A DNA stretch of 25,596 nucleotides from a virus (Duplodnaviria > Caudoviricetes): IMG/VR virus record IMGVR_UViG_3300030330_000138, positions 1-25,596 of that record; one strand, given 5' to 3'. Position 1 is the first letter of the stretch. Each line of letters begins with the position of its first letter. The translations under genes and the position numbers were made by a program. This document shows, one piece after another, positions 25,157 to 25,596 of this stretch. A model generated the notes under the pieces. The model had not been told where the DNA came from, made no database searches, and worked only from the letters and a program-made list of their open reading frames with translations.

Positions 25157-25596
25157 ATGAATAAAGTATTATTTAAACAAGGAGAGATAAGTGATATAGA
25201 TGAAAAGTTAGGAATCGTAAAAGGTTATGGTTCGGTTTTTGGTAATGTAGATTCAGATAAAGATATTATAGAAAAAGGTGCTTACGCAAGAACCATTAAA
25301 AATAATGGTAAAAGAATAAAATATTTATATCAACACGATATAACGAAACCTATTGGTAAGATGAGAGAATTAGAAGAGGATAGTTATGGTTTAAAATTTA
25401 TAGCCGAAATCCCCAAGACCACATTTGGTGAAGAAGTTTTAGAACTTATGAAATATGGTGTTATAGATGAAAACTCTGTCGGTATAATGCCAGTAAAAAA
25501 AGATTTTAAAGAAGATGGTGTAAGAGTTATTTCAGAAGCTAAGCTATTTGAAATATCAGCAGTAACTCTTGCATCAAACGAAGAAGCAAAAATATT
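25157..25596 (+). CDS. HK97-family prohead protease (truncated by the window end)
   Basis: Hand translation: 'GYGSVFGNVDSDKDII.KGA', 'YLYQHD...PIG', 'EDSYGL', 'SVG', 'LFEISAVTLASNEEA'. Confidence 0.92.
   Translation, partial: MNKVLFKQGEISDIDEKLGIVKGYGSVFGNVDSDKDIIEKGAYARTIKNNGKRIKYLYQHDITKPIGKMRELEEDSYGLKFIAEIPKTTFGEEVLELMKYGVIDENSVGIMPVKKDFKEDGVRVISEAKLFEISAVTLASNEEAKI

Noticed and set aside
1-25596. CRISPR array, tRNA, integrase/att site
   Set aside because: No regularly spaced repeats, cloverleaf or recombinase motifs seen; intergenic gaps are short and AT-rich

Overview
This is a very AT-rich segment of a tailed dsDNA phage (siphovirus-like), most likely infecting Bacteroidota/Flavobacteria: TAnnTTTG promoter boxes precede the late genes and I saw no Shine-Dalgarno motifs. 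It probably covers most of a circularly permuted genome. On the + strand, 37-12031 carries a tail completion protein, a lysis cassette (DUF5675 endolysin-like gene, 3TM holin, several unannotated micropeptides), an HNH nuclease, a mosaic tail fibre with an S74 chaperone, a tail tube, a frameshifting tail assembly chaperone, a tape measure protein and one large tail-tip protein. On the - strand, 12028-17856 is an early/DNA-metabolism arm: micro-ORFs, a resolvase, a DUF1599-like gene, two DNA methyltransferases, PD-(D/E)xK nucleases, an SSB-like gene and an HTH. An AT-rich divergent control region with a 16-bp inverted repeat follows. The + strand then resumes with an SF4 helicase, TerS, TerL, an unusually extended multi-domain portal, a head morphogenesis protein and a truncated HK97 prohead protease. 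The most notable points are the portal polyprotein-like extension, near-total CATG avoidance, a GATC-free tail-fibre island, and a lysis cassette tiled with micropeptides but lacking a recognisable spanin. All family calls are from motif recognition by eye, not database searches.
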